DNA from: an uncultured Chloroflexia bacterium
GTDB taxonomy: Bacteria > Chloroflexota > Anaerolineae > JAAYZQ01
Length of the DNA: 64,000 nt
NCBI GenBank assembly: GCA_963700285.1
Contig: CAVOXA010000001.1
Span: 1,568,001-1,632,000, forward strand
Direction of reading: 5' to 3'
The notes under the pieces are model-generated. The model saw only the letters and a program-made list of their open reading frames with translations. It was not told the origin of the DNA and did no database searches. Position numbers and translations under genes: made by a program. Of this stretch, positions 29,816 to 39,625 are shown piece by piece; position 1 is the stretch's first letter; every line of letters begins with the position of its first letter.

Positions 29816-30001
29816 AAGACAAGTTCTCCAAGTATGTAGATGAGGCCATGATACTTGATTTGTCGTACTCTGTCAAAGGTCTTGCGTTCTCCCATCTGCG
29901 GAAACTGACTGCGTCTGGCAGGCGAAATTAGACATAATGCGACGGCCCCCTAAACCATTCATATCCGGCTGGACCAGCGTATCTGGCCCTGTAGCTATCA
30001 G

Positions 30002-32150
30002 TTATCCTCCCAATTTGACTCGGCGCAGCAGCTGGGCGTTGATGGCCACGATGACCGTGCTCAGCGACATGAGCAGGGCGCCCACCGCCGGCGAGAGCAG
30101 GATGCCCAGGGGCGCCAGCACACCGGCCGCCAGCGGCAGGGCCACGATGTTGTAGCCCGCCGCCCACCACAGGTTCTGGATCATCTTGCGATAGCTGGCC
30201 CGGCTCAGCTCGACGATCTTGACCACGTCCAGCGGATTGCTCCTGACCAGGATGATGCCCGCCGACTCGATGGCCACATCGGTGCCGCTGCCGATGGCGA
30301 TGCCCACGTCGGCCCGGGTCAGGGCCGGCGCATCGTTGACGCCGTCGCCGACCATGGCCACCCGCTTGCCCTGGTCCTGCAGCTGCTGCACCTTCTGGTC
30401 CTTGTGCTCGGGCAGCACCTCGGCAAAGTACTGGTCGATGCCCAGCTCCTCGGCCACGGCCCTGGCCACCGCCTCGCTGTCGCCGGTCAGCATGGCCACC
30501 TCGACGCCCATCTCGTGCAGGCGGTCGACGGCCTGCCGGCTCTCCGGCCGGATGACGTCGGCCAGGGCAAAGGCCGCCGCCACCTGCTTCGTCTTGCACC
30601 AGGTAGACGACGCTCTGGCCCTTGGCCTGGGCCTCCTCGCGGAAGCGCGGCCAGCGGCTCCGGCACGTCGAGCTCCAGCATCTCCAGCAGGCGCGGGCCG
30701 CCGACGTGCACCGTGTGGCCGTCGCGGCTGGCCCGCACGCCCCGGCCCTTGATCGCCTCAAAGTCGGAGACCTCGGGCAGCGACAGCCCGCGCTCCTCCG
30801 CCGCGCGGCGGATGCCCCGGGCGATGGTGTGCTCCGAGTCACCCTCGACGGCCGCGGTCAGGGCCAGGGCTTCTTCCTCGCTCCAGCCATCGGCGGTGGC
30901 GATGCCCACCACGCCGAACCGCCCTTCGGTCAGGGTGCCGGTCTTGTCGAAGATGACGATGTCGATCTCGCGCGCCTCCTCCAGCGCCAGCCGGTCGCGG
31001 ACCAGGATGCCGTTGCTGGCCGCCATCGAGGTGGTGATGGCCACCACCAGCGGCACGGCCAGCCCCAGGGCATGGGGACAGGCGATGACCAGCACCGTGG
31101 CCACCCGGGCGATGACCTCCACGTCGAACCCCACGGCCACGATCCAGGCGACGGCGGTCAGGACCGCCACCCCCAGGGCGACGTAGAAGAGCCAGCCGGC
31201 GGCCTTGTCGGCCAGGATCTGGGTGTCGCGATTTGCTCTGCTGGGCCTCTTCCACCAGGCGCATGATGCCGGCCAGCGCCGTCTCGTCGCCGGTGGCCGT
31301 CACCCGCACCCGCAGGCTGCCGTCGCCGTTGATGGTCCCGGCGATGACCTTGTCGCCCGGCTCTTTGAGCACCGGCTTGGACTCGCCGGTGATCATGGCC
31401 TCGTTGACCTCCGACTCGCCCTCCTCCACCTCGCCGTCGGCCGGGACGCTGGCGCCGGGCCGCACCAGCACCAGGTCACCCTCGCTGCAGTTCGGTGACC
31501 GGCACCTCCTCGGTGCCGCCGTCGGGCAGCAGCCGCTCGGCGGTGTCGGGCATCAGCTTGGCCAGCTCGTTCAGCGCCCCCGACGCCTGGCGCACGCTGC
31601 GCATCTCGATCCAGTGGCCCAGCAGCATGATGTCGATCAGGGTCACCAGCTCCCAGAAAAAGCTGGTCTGGCCCGGCAGGAACAGCGACGCCAGGCTGTA
31701 GACAAAGGCCACCGTGATCGCCAGCGAGATGAGGGTCATCATCCCCGGCTTGCGGTTGCGCAGCTCGGGCACGGCCATCTGCAGGAAGGGCACCCCACCG
31801 TAGAGAAAGACGATCACGGCAAAGACGGGCGTGATCCAGTCGCTGCCCGGGAAGGCGGGGGCGGTGAAGCCCAGCCAGTCCTGCAGCGCCGGGCTGAAGA
31901 CCAGCACCGGGATCGACAGCAGCAGCGAGACCCAGAAGCGCCGGCGGAACATCTGCTCGTGACCGGTATGGTCCACATGCGCTTCGTGACCTCTCTCGTG
32001 GCCGCCGTGCTCCCCGGCATGGGCATCGTGGCCCGGCTGATGTTCGGCGGCCCCTTCACCGTGAACGTGCTGCTTCATCTCGCGCCCGGCATGCTCCTCG
32101 TGCTGCGAATGCCGCTCACTTTCGTCGTGTTTGTGATTGTGGTTCATCAT
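30002..32150 (-). CDS. Copper P1B-type ATPase, CopB-like (His-rich N-terminus, CPH motif), split by indels
   Basis: His-rich N-terminus; [31 protein letters not shown] and MSLS. Confidence 0.92.
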
Positions 32151-32264
32151 ATCTTCCATTTCCAAAAGGACGTCTTCCTCACCTACGTGCACAGGACAAC
32201 GGGATGGCCGGAAAACCAGCCACCCCGTTGTGTGTCTTGGATTCTGCTAGCCATGCAGCAGTCC

Positions 32265-33081
32265 TTAGCTGTGACCCTCCATCATGGCCACAAAGTCACC
32301 GTGCCAACTGTGGTACCAGACGTCGCCGCTGCTGCCGTGGACGCTCAACATGCCCTCGATCTGGCCATCGTTTAGGAAGTGAAGCGTGTAGTAGCCGTAG
32401 AACTCGTCGGCGTCACCCGCCGTCCGACCGGGCAGGTTGGCGTCCAGCCAGCGCTGGGCCACGTCCTCGGCCTCCTGGGGTGACAAGGTCATCTCGCCGG
32501 ACGCATAGCCGCCCATCATACCCATCATCCCGCGCCCCGGCCCATCATCCCGTACTTGGCGTTCCACATCATGTTCGGACCAGGCTCCGGGCCGACGGCA
32601 CCGCTGTCCTTGTCTACCAGCAGCTCCATGGCGCCGATGCCGGTGTCCTGCTCGGCGACGATGGCATAGTAGTTGCGCTCGAACTCCATGACCTCGGTCA
32701 CTTCCAGGCCGGTGTAGCCCAGGCGTTCAACGTAGTCGTGGACAGCTGTCTCGACGTCCTCCAGCGAGGAAACGTCCCCCTCACCGGGGATCACGTACCC
32801 CTGGCCGCAGGGCATGTCCTGCGCGGAGCCGAAGGGCATGTCGTTCCAATTCCAGTTGCCGCCCATCATGCCAGGTCCCATCATGCCATAGCCTGGCTGA
32901 CCCGTCAATGCACGGCACCTCTTGGACAGAGCTGCCCGTCATGCCGTAGCCCGATCATCCCATTCCCCATCACGTTGTAGCCCCAGCGGCTCTGGCTCCA
33001 GATGGATCCGGCCAAGAAACCGGCAACCACCAGCACCACGGCCAACGCTATCGTTCCTATCACAATCGCAAAGGTCTTCAT
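32265..33081 (-). CDS. Membrane-anchored Met/Gly-rich hypothetical protein with two PepSY-like segments (indels)
   Basis: TM MKTFAIVIG...; GMMG repeats; EVMEFERNYY...PEPGPNMMWN; EFYGYYTLH...GMLSVHG...WYHSWHG. Confidence 0.65.
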
Positions 33082-33122
33082 CGTCTTTCTCTTCCTCTCG
33101 TTCTCAGTCTTTTGGTCGCCCT

Positions 33123-33353
33123 CTATTGGGAGAGCGTTTCTCTCATCAAGTCGTATTCTTCCCGGCTGATCTCACCCCGGGCAAAACGCCTATCGAGGAT
33201 GTCGCGGGCGTTCAGGTCCCGTCCGGTCGGCGGGGCTGGCGGCTGACCGGCTGGCGGAAACAGTGCCCGGATCAGCCAGGCAGCCAGCGCGATCAGCGCC
33301 CCCCAGAAGAGAACCATGAACAGCAGGCCGAGTCCCATTCCCCAACCCATCAT
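33123..33353 (-). CDS. SHOCT-domain small membrane protein
   Basis: One TM segment; ARDILDRRFARGEISREEY. Confidence 0.85.
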   Translation of the reverse strand: MMGWGMGLGLLFMVLFWGALIALAAWLIRALFPPAGQPPAPPTGRDLNARDILDRRFARGEISREEYDLMRETLSQ

Positions 33354-33366
33354 GCCGCACCTCCGT

Positions 33367-33729
33367 CTAGCTCGACAACAGCTCTTTCATGCGCTCGAAC
33401 TCTTCGCGGTCAATCTCGCCGCTGGCGTAGCGCCGCTTGAGGATGTCCAGAGGCGATTCGCCCCTGTCGACCCGCTGCGTACCCTGCCGGGCCAGACCGG
33501 CGACCAACAAGGCGATACCGCCGATGATCACACCCCAGAACAGAAACATGAGTATCCCTCCACCGAATGTGTGCATCCCCCAGGGGGAGCCGTAGTTGCC
33601 TGTCATCCCAAAGCCGGCTTGACAACAGCCTCCGGCCCACAACTGGCTGCCCAGTAGCCAGCCCCCGCCCAGCAGGACTGCCAGAGCCAGCGCGATGCCA
33701 ATGCCGATTACAATGGTCCGTGTCTTCAT
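33367..33729 (-). CDS. SHOCT-domain membrane protein
   Basis: Two TM segments; PLDILKRRYASGEIDREEF. Confidence 0.85.
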   Translation of the reverse strand: MKTRTIVIGIGIALALAVLLGGGWLLGSQLWAGGCCQAGFGMTGNYGSPWGMHTFGGGILMFLFWGVIIGGIALLVAGLARQGTQRVDRGESPLDILKRRYASGEIDREEFERMKELLSS

Positions 33730-33797
33730 TCATGACCTCCGGTTCCATGACCTCCGAAGGGTCTTGTCCCTCGGAGGTCATACTCGTACACATTCTC

Positions 33798-34080
33798 TCA
33801 GGCCAGGTCCTGCAACATGCGCTGGTACTCTTCGCGGGTCAGCTCACCGCGAGCATACCGGGTCTGCAGAATCTCGCGGGCCGACGCCTGCCGGGTCCCT
33901 TGAGGTTGCGTCCAGGAAGCCAACTCCTTCTGAAGCTCCGAACCTGCGCCACAGCCAGATGCCCAGGAACACCAGACCCACCAACAACCCAATAGTCAGG
34001 AGTGTGCTGAGCAAGCCACCGAACAAGCCCAGGCCGCCCATACCACCTCCAAAACCACCCATCATTCCTCCACCCATCAC
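33798..34080 (-). CDS. SHOCT-domain membrane protein (indel)
   Basis: MGGGMMGGF, TM segment, then AREILQTRYARGELTREEY in a shifted frame. Confidence 0.75.
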
Positions 34081-34150
34081 GACATCCTCATTTCGTTCTT
34101 CTCCAGGGGCAGGTTGTTGACTGCCCTCTTGATGTCTCACTGTTGGGGAT

Positions 34151-34205
34151 AGTATAACAAGGCGGGTTAAAGGAACCATGAACAGAGTTTAAAGATTTGG
34201 TAAAG
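34151..34205 (-). promoter_or_regulatory. -10 box with four 11-bp-spaced direct repeats (response-regulator operator)
   Basis: Plus-strand TTAAAG, ATGAAC, TTAAAG and GTAAAG at 34167, 34178, 34189 and 34200; minus-strand TGTTATACT. Confidence 0.65.
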
Positions 34206-34239
34206 AAAAAGAGCGACGTCTCGCGTTGAGACATCGCTC
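34205..34239 (-). terminator. Intrinsic terminator after the sensor kinase
   Basis: GAGCGAtGTCTC/GAGACgTCGCTC hairpin followed by a T-run on the minus strand. Confidence 0.7.
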
Positions 34240-34261
34240 CAGGCGCCCAGTGGGGGGTTGT

Positions 34262-35431
34262 TCAGGCAACAGGCCCTTCGGCCCGGTCCTTCCAGGACGC
34301 GCTCAGGGCAGGGAGGGTGAATGAGAAGGTGCTCCCCTGACCTGGTCCGTCGCTGGCAGCCTGGATCTGCCCGCCGTGAGCCTCGACCAGGTGACGGGCG
34401 ATGGTCAGGCCGATGCCACTGCCGCCCCCGGCTCGCGAGCGCGACTTGTCCACCCGGTAAAAGCGCTCGAATATGTGAAGCAGATGCTCTGGGGGGATGC
34501 CAACACCCGTATCCTCCACCGATAACCGCACCCGGTCGCCTTCGCGCCGGGCGGACAAGCAGACCTGGCCGCCCGATGGCGTGTATTGCAGCGCATTGCC
34601 CACCAGGTTGAGCAGCACCTGGCCGATGCGGTCCTCGTCGACGCGGACGGGGGGCAGATCCGCGGGCACGTCGATCTCCAGCGCCACGCCCTTTTCCTCG
34701 AACTGGTGGCCCAGGCGGGCCACGACGCCGTCGACGAGACGTTCTGGCGCAGTGGGGAGCAGGTTCAATTCGTAAGCCCCCGCCTCGACCCGGCTGAGTT
34801 CCTGCAAGTCGTGGACCAGCCGTTGCAGCCGATCGGCCTCGCGGTACACCTGCTGAAAAGTGGCCGCTTCGGCCGGCAGCACGCCATCGATCAGGCCCTC
34901 CATGTAGCCCTTGATCGATGCTAACGGGGTACGCAGCTCGTGAGCCACGTTGCCGATCAGTTCCAGGCGGAGGGCTTCGGTCTGCTCCAGCCGGGACGCC
35001 ATCTGGTTGAAGCTGAGGGCCAGCCGGCCCAGCTCGTCCAGATCCTCCCGGCTTGCCTTGCCGGGCACACCTACCCGCTCCTCGTAGTGGCCATCGGCGA
35101 TGCGCTGGCTGGCGGTCTGCATCTCTTGTACCGGCAGCACCACCCGCCGGCTGACAAACACGCTAAGGACCAGAGCCGCAACAAAGGCAGCCGACCCGGC
35201 GAGGAGGAGGGCCTCGGTAACCGCGTTGCGAAAGCTGCTGAAGAAATCCAGCTCCAGCATCATGGACATGCCGCCCATCATCTCGGCCATGGCGGCCATG
35301 TGCCGCTCAAAGGCGGTCGGCACCGCCAACTCCGCGGCCGTGGCCAAGACTACGATGCCCACCAGCAATGACCACCAGGTAGGACAGGAACAGCTTCAGG
35401 CTCAGGTGCCGGCGCACATGAGCTGTGGCAT
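34262..35431 (-). CDS. Sensor histidine kinase with Met-rich sensor loop (5' indels)
   Basis: HMAAMAEMMGGMSMM between TM segments; HAMP; AHELRTPL, NLVGNA and GIGL. Confidence 0.9.
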
Positions 35432-35433
35432 CT

Positions 35434-36121
35434 TCACGCCTCCTCGTCTTCGAACCGATAGCCTACCCCCCGCACGGTGACGATGAAGCGATCGTCGCCC
35501 AGCTTCTGCCGGATGTGACCGATGTGCACGTCCACCACCCGCTCTTCGCCGTAAAAGTCGTAGCCCCACACCTGTTGCAGCAGTTGTTCACGGCTGAGTA
35601 CCAGCCCTCGATGCTCGGCCAGGGTTTTGAGCAGATCGAACTCGGTGCTGGTCAGCTCTACGGGCTCGTCGTCGACCCACACCTGGCGGCTACCCGTGTC
35701 GATGCGTACATGGCGAAAGGCCAGCGTCGCTGCCTCGGCTGGGCCGACGCCGTCGCGCAGGCGGCGCAGGGCGGCCTTGACGCGGGCCACCAGCTCGCGC
35801 GGGCTAAAGGGTTTGGTCAGATAGTCGTCGGCCCCCACTGACAGGCCGACGATCTTGTCGGTCTCCTCCGACTTGGCCGTGAGCATGATGACATAGACGT
35901 CCGACTCGCGACGCAGTTGGGTCAGCAGTTCGATGCCGTCCATGCCGGGCAGCATGACATCCAGGACGATCAGATCTGGCTTAAAGGCACGCGCCGCTTT
36001 GAGGCCGCCCGGCCCGTCCATGGCGGTGTAGCACCTCATACCCCTCGCGACGCAGGTAGGCCGTCACCAGGTCGAGGATGCTCTGTTCATCGTCAACCAC
36101 CAGAATCTTGACACTAGGCAC
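35434..36121 (-). CDS. OmpR-family response regulator (5' indel)
   Basis: KILVVDDEQ, LDVMLP, GADDYLTKPF, VDVHI and TVRGVGY. Confidence 0.92.
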
Positions 36122-36540
36122 GCGCCGCCTCCTCCATCCTTGGTGTTTCAGCCTCCATGTTACATGAGAGGGGGGCCGTTGTCAAGCCTGTATCTGCGAG
36201 ACCCTGTCTGCCTTTGGCCAGCAATCCCTCCGAGCGCTATCTTGCGTGCGGCGTAAGGTCAAGGGTCCCGCTATGCCCGGGATTCGGCCGTACATCAGCA
36301 GGGCAGTAAGGCTATCGAACGTCCTTGTGTTGGGGCGGGCTGGTGATAATAGTGCTGGATGCTGCCTTGAACTCGGGGTTGCCCTTGTCATTGGTGTCGC
36401 TGGTTACGGACATCGATGACCTTGGCCACCGGAACGGGGCAGAGGATAGTGGTCGAGGGGTAGACCTACAGTGCCCCGAGCACTGAAACTGTAGCATTGT
36501 TGTCACCGAAGCAGTTGGCAAGGAAGGACGACCACGGGGC

Positions 36541-36572
36541 AAAGAGAAAGGCCGGGTAAGAAACCCCGGCCT
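36541..36572 (-). terminator. Intrinsic terminator of the aldolase-Fae operon
   Basis: AGGCCGGG-loop-CCCGGCCT followed by TTCTCTTT on the minus strand. Confidence 0.75.
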
Positions 36573-36594
36573 AACATTCCATCGATCCAGATAC

Positions 36595-38071
36595 CTACGG
36601 CGCGTAGCGGAACGGGTGCCGGGCAGCTTCCTTCTCGGCAACCAGCTCCTGCAGCGTCGGCCGTTCCTCCAGGGCCTTGCGGATGGCGCCGCGCATGGCT
36701 TTATAGTTGTTGATCTTGACCCGCTGGCGGATGCTCGCCGCGGGATGGACAAAGACGTTGGCGATAAGGCAGATATCGTCCAGGATCGCTTCCGGCAGGT
36801 TGTGATATTCGACGGCGTGTGCCAGCGCCAGGTTGATGCCGCTGGCCGCCTCTTCGTAGACCAGTTGTTTCGCCTTTGCGCCGCGCACGGTGACAGTAGG
36901 CACCAGCATTGTCAGCGGCCGCTCGTTGATGATCACCAGTTCATGCCCGGGGCGCGCTTCGTTTCTGGCCCGCTCCAGGGCTCTGCCCACCGGCCCCTCT
37001 TTCCTGCCCAGCAGCAGATCGATGTGGGCCACCTCGGAGAAGGGCGGCCCGGCAAAGCCTTCGCCCACGCAGAGCGTCAGGTCGCCCGAGGGAGCGGGTA
37101 GGTCGGCTGGCAGGGCGTACTCGACCTCCTTGCCTCCCAGGACCACCGCCTGGGTCGGGATCTTGCCCAGGATCTCGAGTTGGCTGCGCAGGTCCTCGTA
37201 ATCTTCCCTCTCAAACTCGCCACCCTGGATCAGGGGCGAGCGGACGTTGCTCATGCCCGGCAGGCCCATCATGCGTAGCCCTTCTTTGACCGCCTGGGGC
37301 GCCCCCTTGCGTACCAGCAGCCGGGTGAGGATCTGCAGATTCCTTCTGTCGTCGCTGCACGAACTCGGCGTCGCCCCGCTGCGCAGCCTGGTAGATCTCC
37401 TGCCAGACGTCGGGTACGAGGTTGGCCGAGGCCAGGATGGCCCCGTCGGCGCCGGCCAGCAAGGCCGCGCCGACGACCTCGTCGTGGCCAACAAAGAGGC
37501 TGATGGTACCCTTGAGTTTTTCCAGGGCGGCCATAAAGAAGGGAATGTCTCCCGAAGAGTCCTTCATGCCGACGACGTTGTCAAAGGCCAGGCCCATGCC
37601 CTCGGCCGTCCACCACCGATAGTGGGTGCCGGCGGTCTGGGGGATGTTATAGAGCACGATGGGCAGGCCGATCTTGTCCACCTGCTGGTAGTGGTCGAAG
37701 ACCTCATTGAAGGCTGGTTTGAGAAAGTAGGGGGAAACCACCAGAGCCCCGGTCACCCCGGCTTCCTTGGCCCACTGGGTCAGTGCCAGTGTCTCCAGGG
37801 TGCTCTGGCAGCCGGTGCCGGCCAGTACGGGTACCTGCCCGGCGACCTCGTCGATGCAGATCTCGATGGCCCGCTGTTTCTCCTCCAGCGTCATCGAGCT
37901 GAATTCGCCTGTCGTACCGCAGGGTACCACGCCGTTGACGTGGGGCAGTACGAAGCGGATCAGCTCGCGGTAGGTGTCCTCGTCCACCTGGTCGTCAGCC
38001 GTAAACGGAGTGACCAGGGCGGGGTAGATTCCCTTGAACCATTCAGGTTTCTTGCTCTTCTCTGGTGTCAT
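36595..38071 (-). CDS. DapA/NAL-family class I aldolase fused to a formaldehyde-activating enzyme (Fae) domain, copy B (indel near 37350)
   Basis: PALVTPF, GTTGEF, LYNIP and GMKDSSG. Aldolase C-terminal helices run in one frame into VGEGFAG...EVAHIDLLLG...VFVHP...NNYKA...RHPFRYAP. Confidence 0.85.
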
Positions 38072-38072
38072 G

Positions 38073-39505
38073 TTATTTCACCTCCGCGAAGGCATCGTCG
38101 ATGGCGACGCAGGTCGCTCTGTAGGCATTGTGGTGCAGCACGCGTCGGTCCAGGGCCTGGGGATGCACGGTGGCCTGGACGAACATCACGTCAGCATGCA
38201 TCGCCCCTTCCGGGATGACTCCCTCGGCCAGCTTGTCGACGATAGCCTTGGCCACAGCGTTCTGTACCGGGCCGTAGATCATGTTTGCCTGTCGCAGATC
38301 CTTCAGTTCGTTGGTGGGCACGATCAGCGTGCTGGGTCGCACCGTCAGGTTGGGCTCCAGGATGGTAGTCAGAGCTTCAAGGCCGTGGCGCGGGTAGGTG
38401 AGCTGGTAGGCCCAGGCCTCGCCCAGCGGGCCGTCTTTGGCGCCAGCCAGCAAGTCAATCTGGGTCGATTCGGCGCCCTCGCCGGCGCTGCCGGTGCCGG
38501 TCCGCATTCCAGCCGTACAGATCGTATCCGCCCTCAGCCCCACAGCCCTCGAACCGGCCATCCAGCGGCCCTTTCGGGAGGTAGTGCTCGGCGGGCGGCG
38601 GCTGGATCTTGCCCAGTTTCTCCAACTCGAGCTGGATCTCGGCCCGGTCCTCGTGGAGCAGAGACCCGCCAACGCTCTTCAGGGGACTGCGCGGCCGTCC
38701 AGCGTCTACGCCCATCATCTTGAGCGCCTGTTTGACCGGAACCCCGCCGCCATAGCGGCAAAAAATGCGGGAGAGCTTTTGGACCTGACGCTGGAGGGTC
38801 CGGGCGGTGCCGAGATCTCCCGACTGGACAGCCCTCAGGACCGCTTGCCAGACCTCGGGATATACCTGGGCCGAGGCCAGAATCACGCCCGCGGCGCCGC
38901 CGGCCAGCCCGTTCAACACGACCTCATCGTGGCCGATGAGGACGTTGATGCGATCGCCGGCGTATTCCAAGATCTCCATGGTGTAGGTCAGGTTGCCTGA
39001 CGAATCCTTCAACCCGACGATGTTGGGAATGTCTGCCAGGTCTTCGACCACGCGGCGGGGCAGGTAGGCGTCCACGACCTGGGGAATGTTGTAGAGGATG
39101 ATGGGCATCTGCGGCAAGGCTCTGGTGATCTCATAGTAGTGCTGGTAGATGACCCTTGTCGGACGGATGGAGGAAATAGGGCGTCACGATCAGACAGGCG
39201 TCTGCCCCAGCTTCCTCCGCGCCGAGTGCCAGGTTGATGGCCTGCCGGGTGCCCGGCGCGCCAGTACCGGCAATGACCGGTTTGCCCTGGGCTTCCTCAA
39301 CGGCAATTTGCACCAGGCGCTTGTTCTCCTCGGGTGTGAGGTAGTTGAACTCGCCGGTGGTGCCGCAGGGGACCAGGCCGTCCACGTCGTCGATCACGTG
39401 GCGAATGAGGTTGCGGAAGGCAGCCTCGTCCACCGACTGATCCTTGGCAAAGGGTGTGACCAGGGCGGGGTTCACGCCGCCCGGTCGGAACGGTTTTTCG
39501 ATCAT
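38073..39505 (-). CDS. DapA/NAL-family class I aldolase fused to a Fae-like domain, copy A (indels near 39150 and 38550)
   Basis: PALVTPF, GTTGEF, LYNIP and GLKDSSG; GEGAESTQIDLLAG...LEPNLTVRPSTLIVP...QANMIYGPVQNAVAKAIVD...GVIP...VHP...AYRAT. Confidence 0.8.
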
Positions 39506-39550
39506 GATTCACTCTCCATTGAGAATGTTGTTGATATTGACAGTTCGTCA

Positions 39551-39617
39551 ACCGCAGAGACACAGAGAATGCAGAGGTTTCTTCTATGGGTTTCTCTGCC
39601 CTCTGAGTCTCTGCGGT
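39551..39617. repeat. Intergenic palindromic element built from CACAGAGA-like units
   Basis: ACCGCAGAGACACAGAG...CTCTGAGTCTCTGCGGT; related copy near 47090. Confidence 0.7.
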
Positions 39618-39625
39618 AAATCGTA

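Noticed and set aside
29900-36180. Copper module as a transposon or island
   Set aside because: No transposase, integrase or flanking direct repeats that I could identify.
36595-39505. Annotation as lysine-pathway dapA
   Set aside because: The DapA-specific Arg after YNxP is missing, there are no dap/lys neighbours, and both carry Fae domains.
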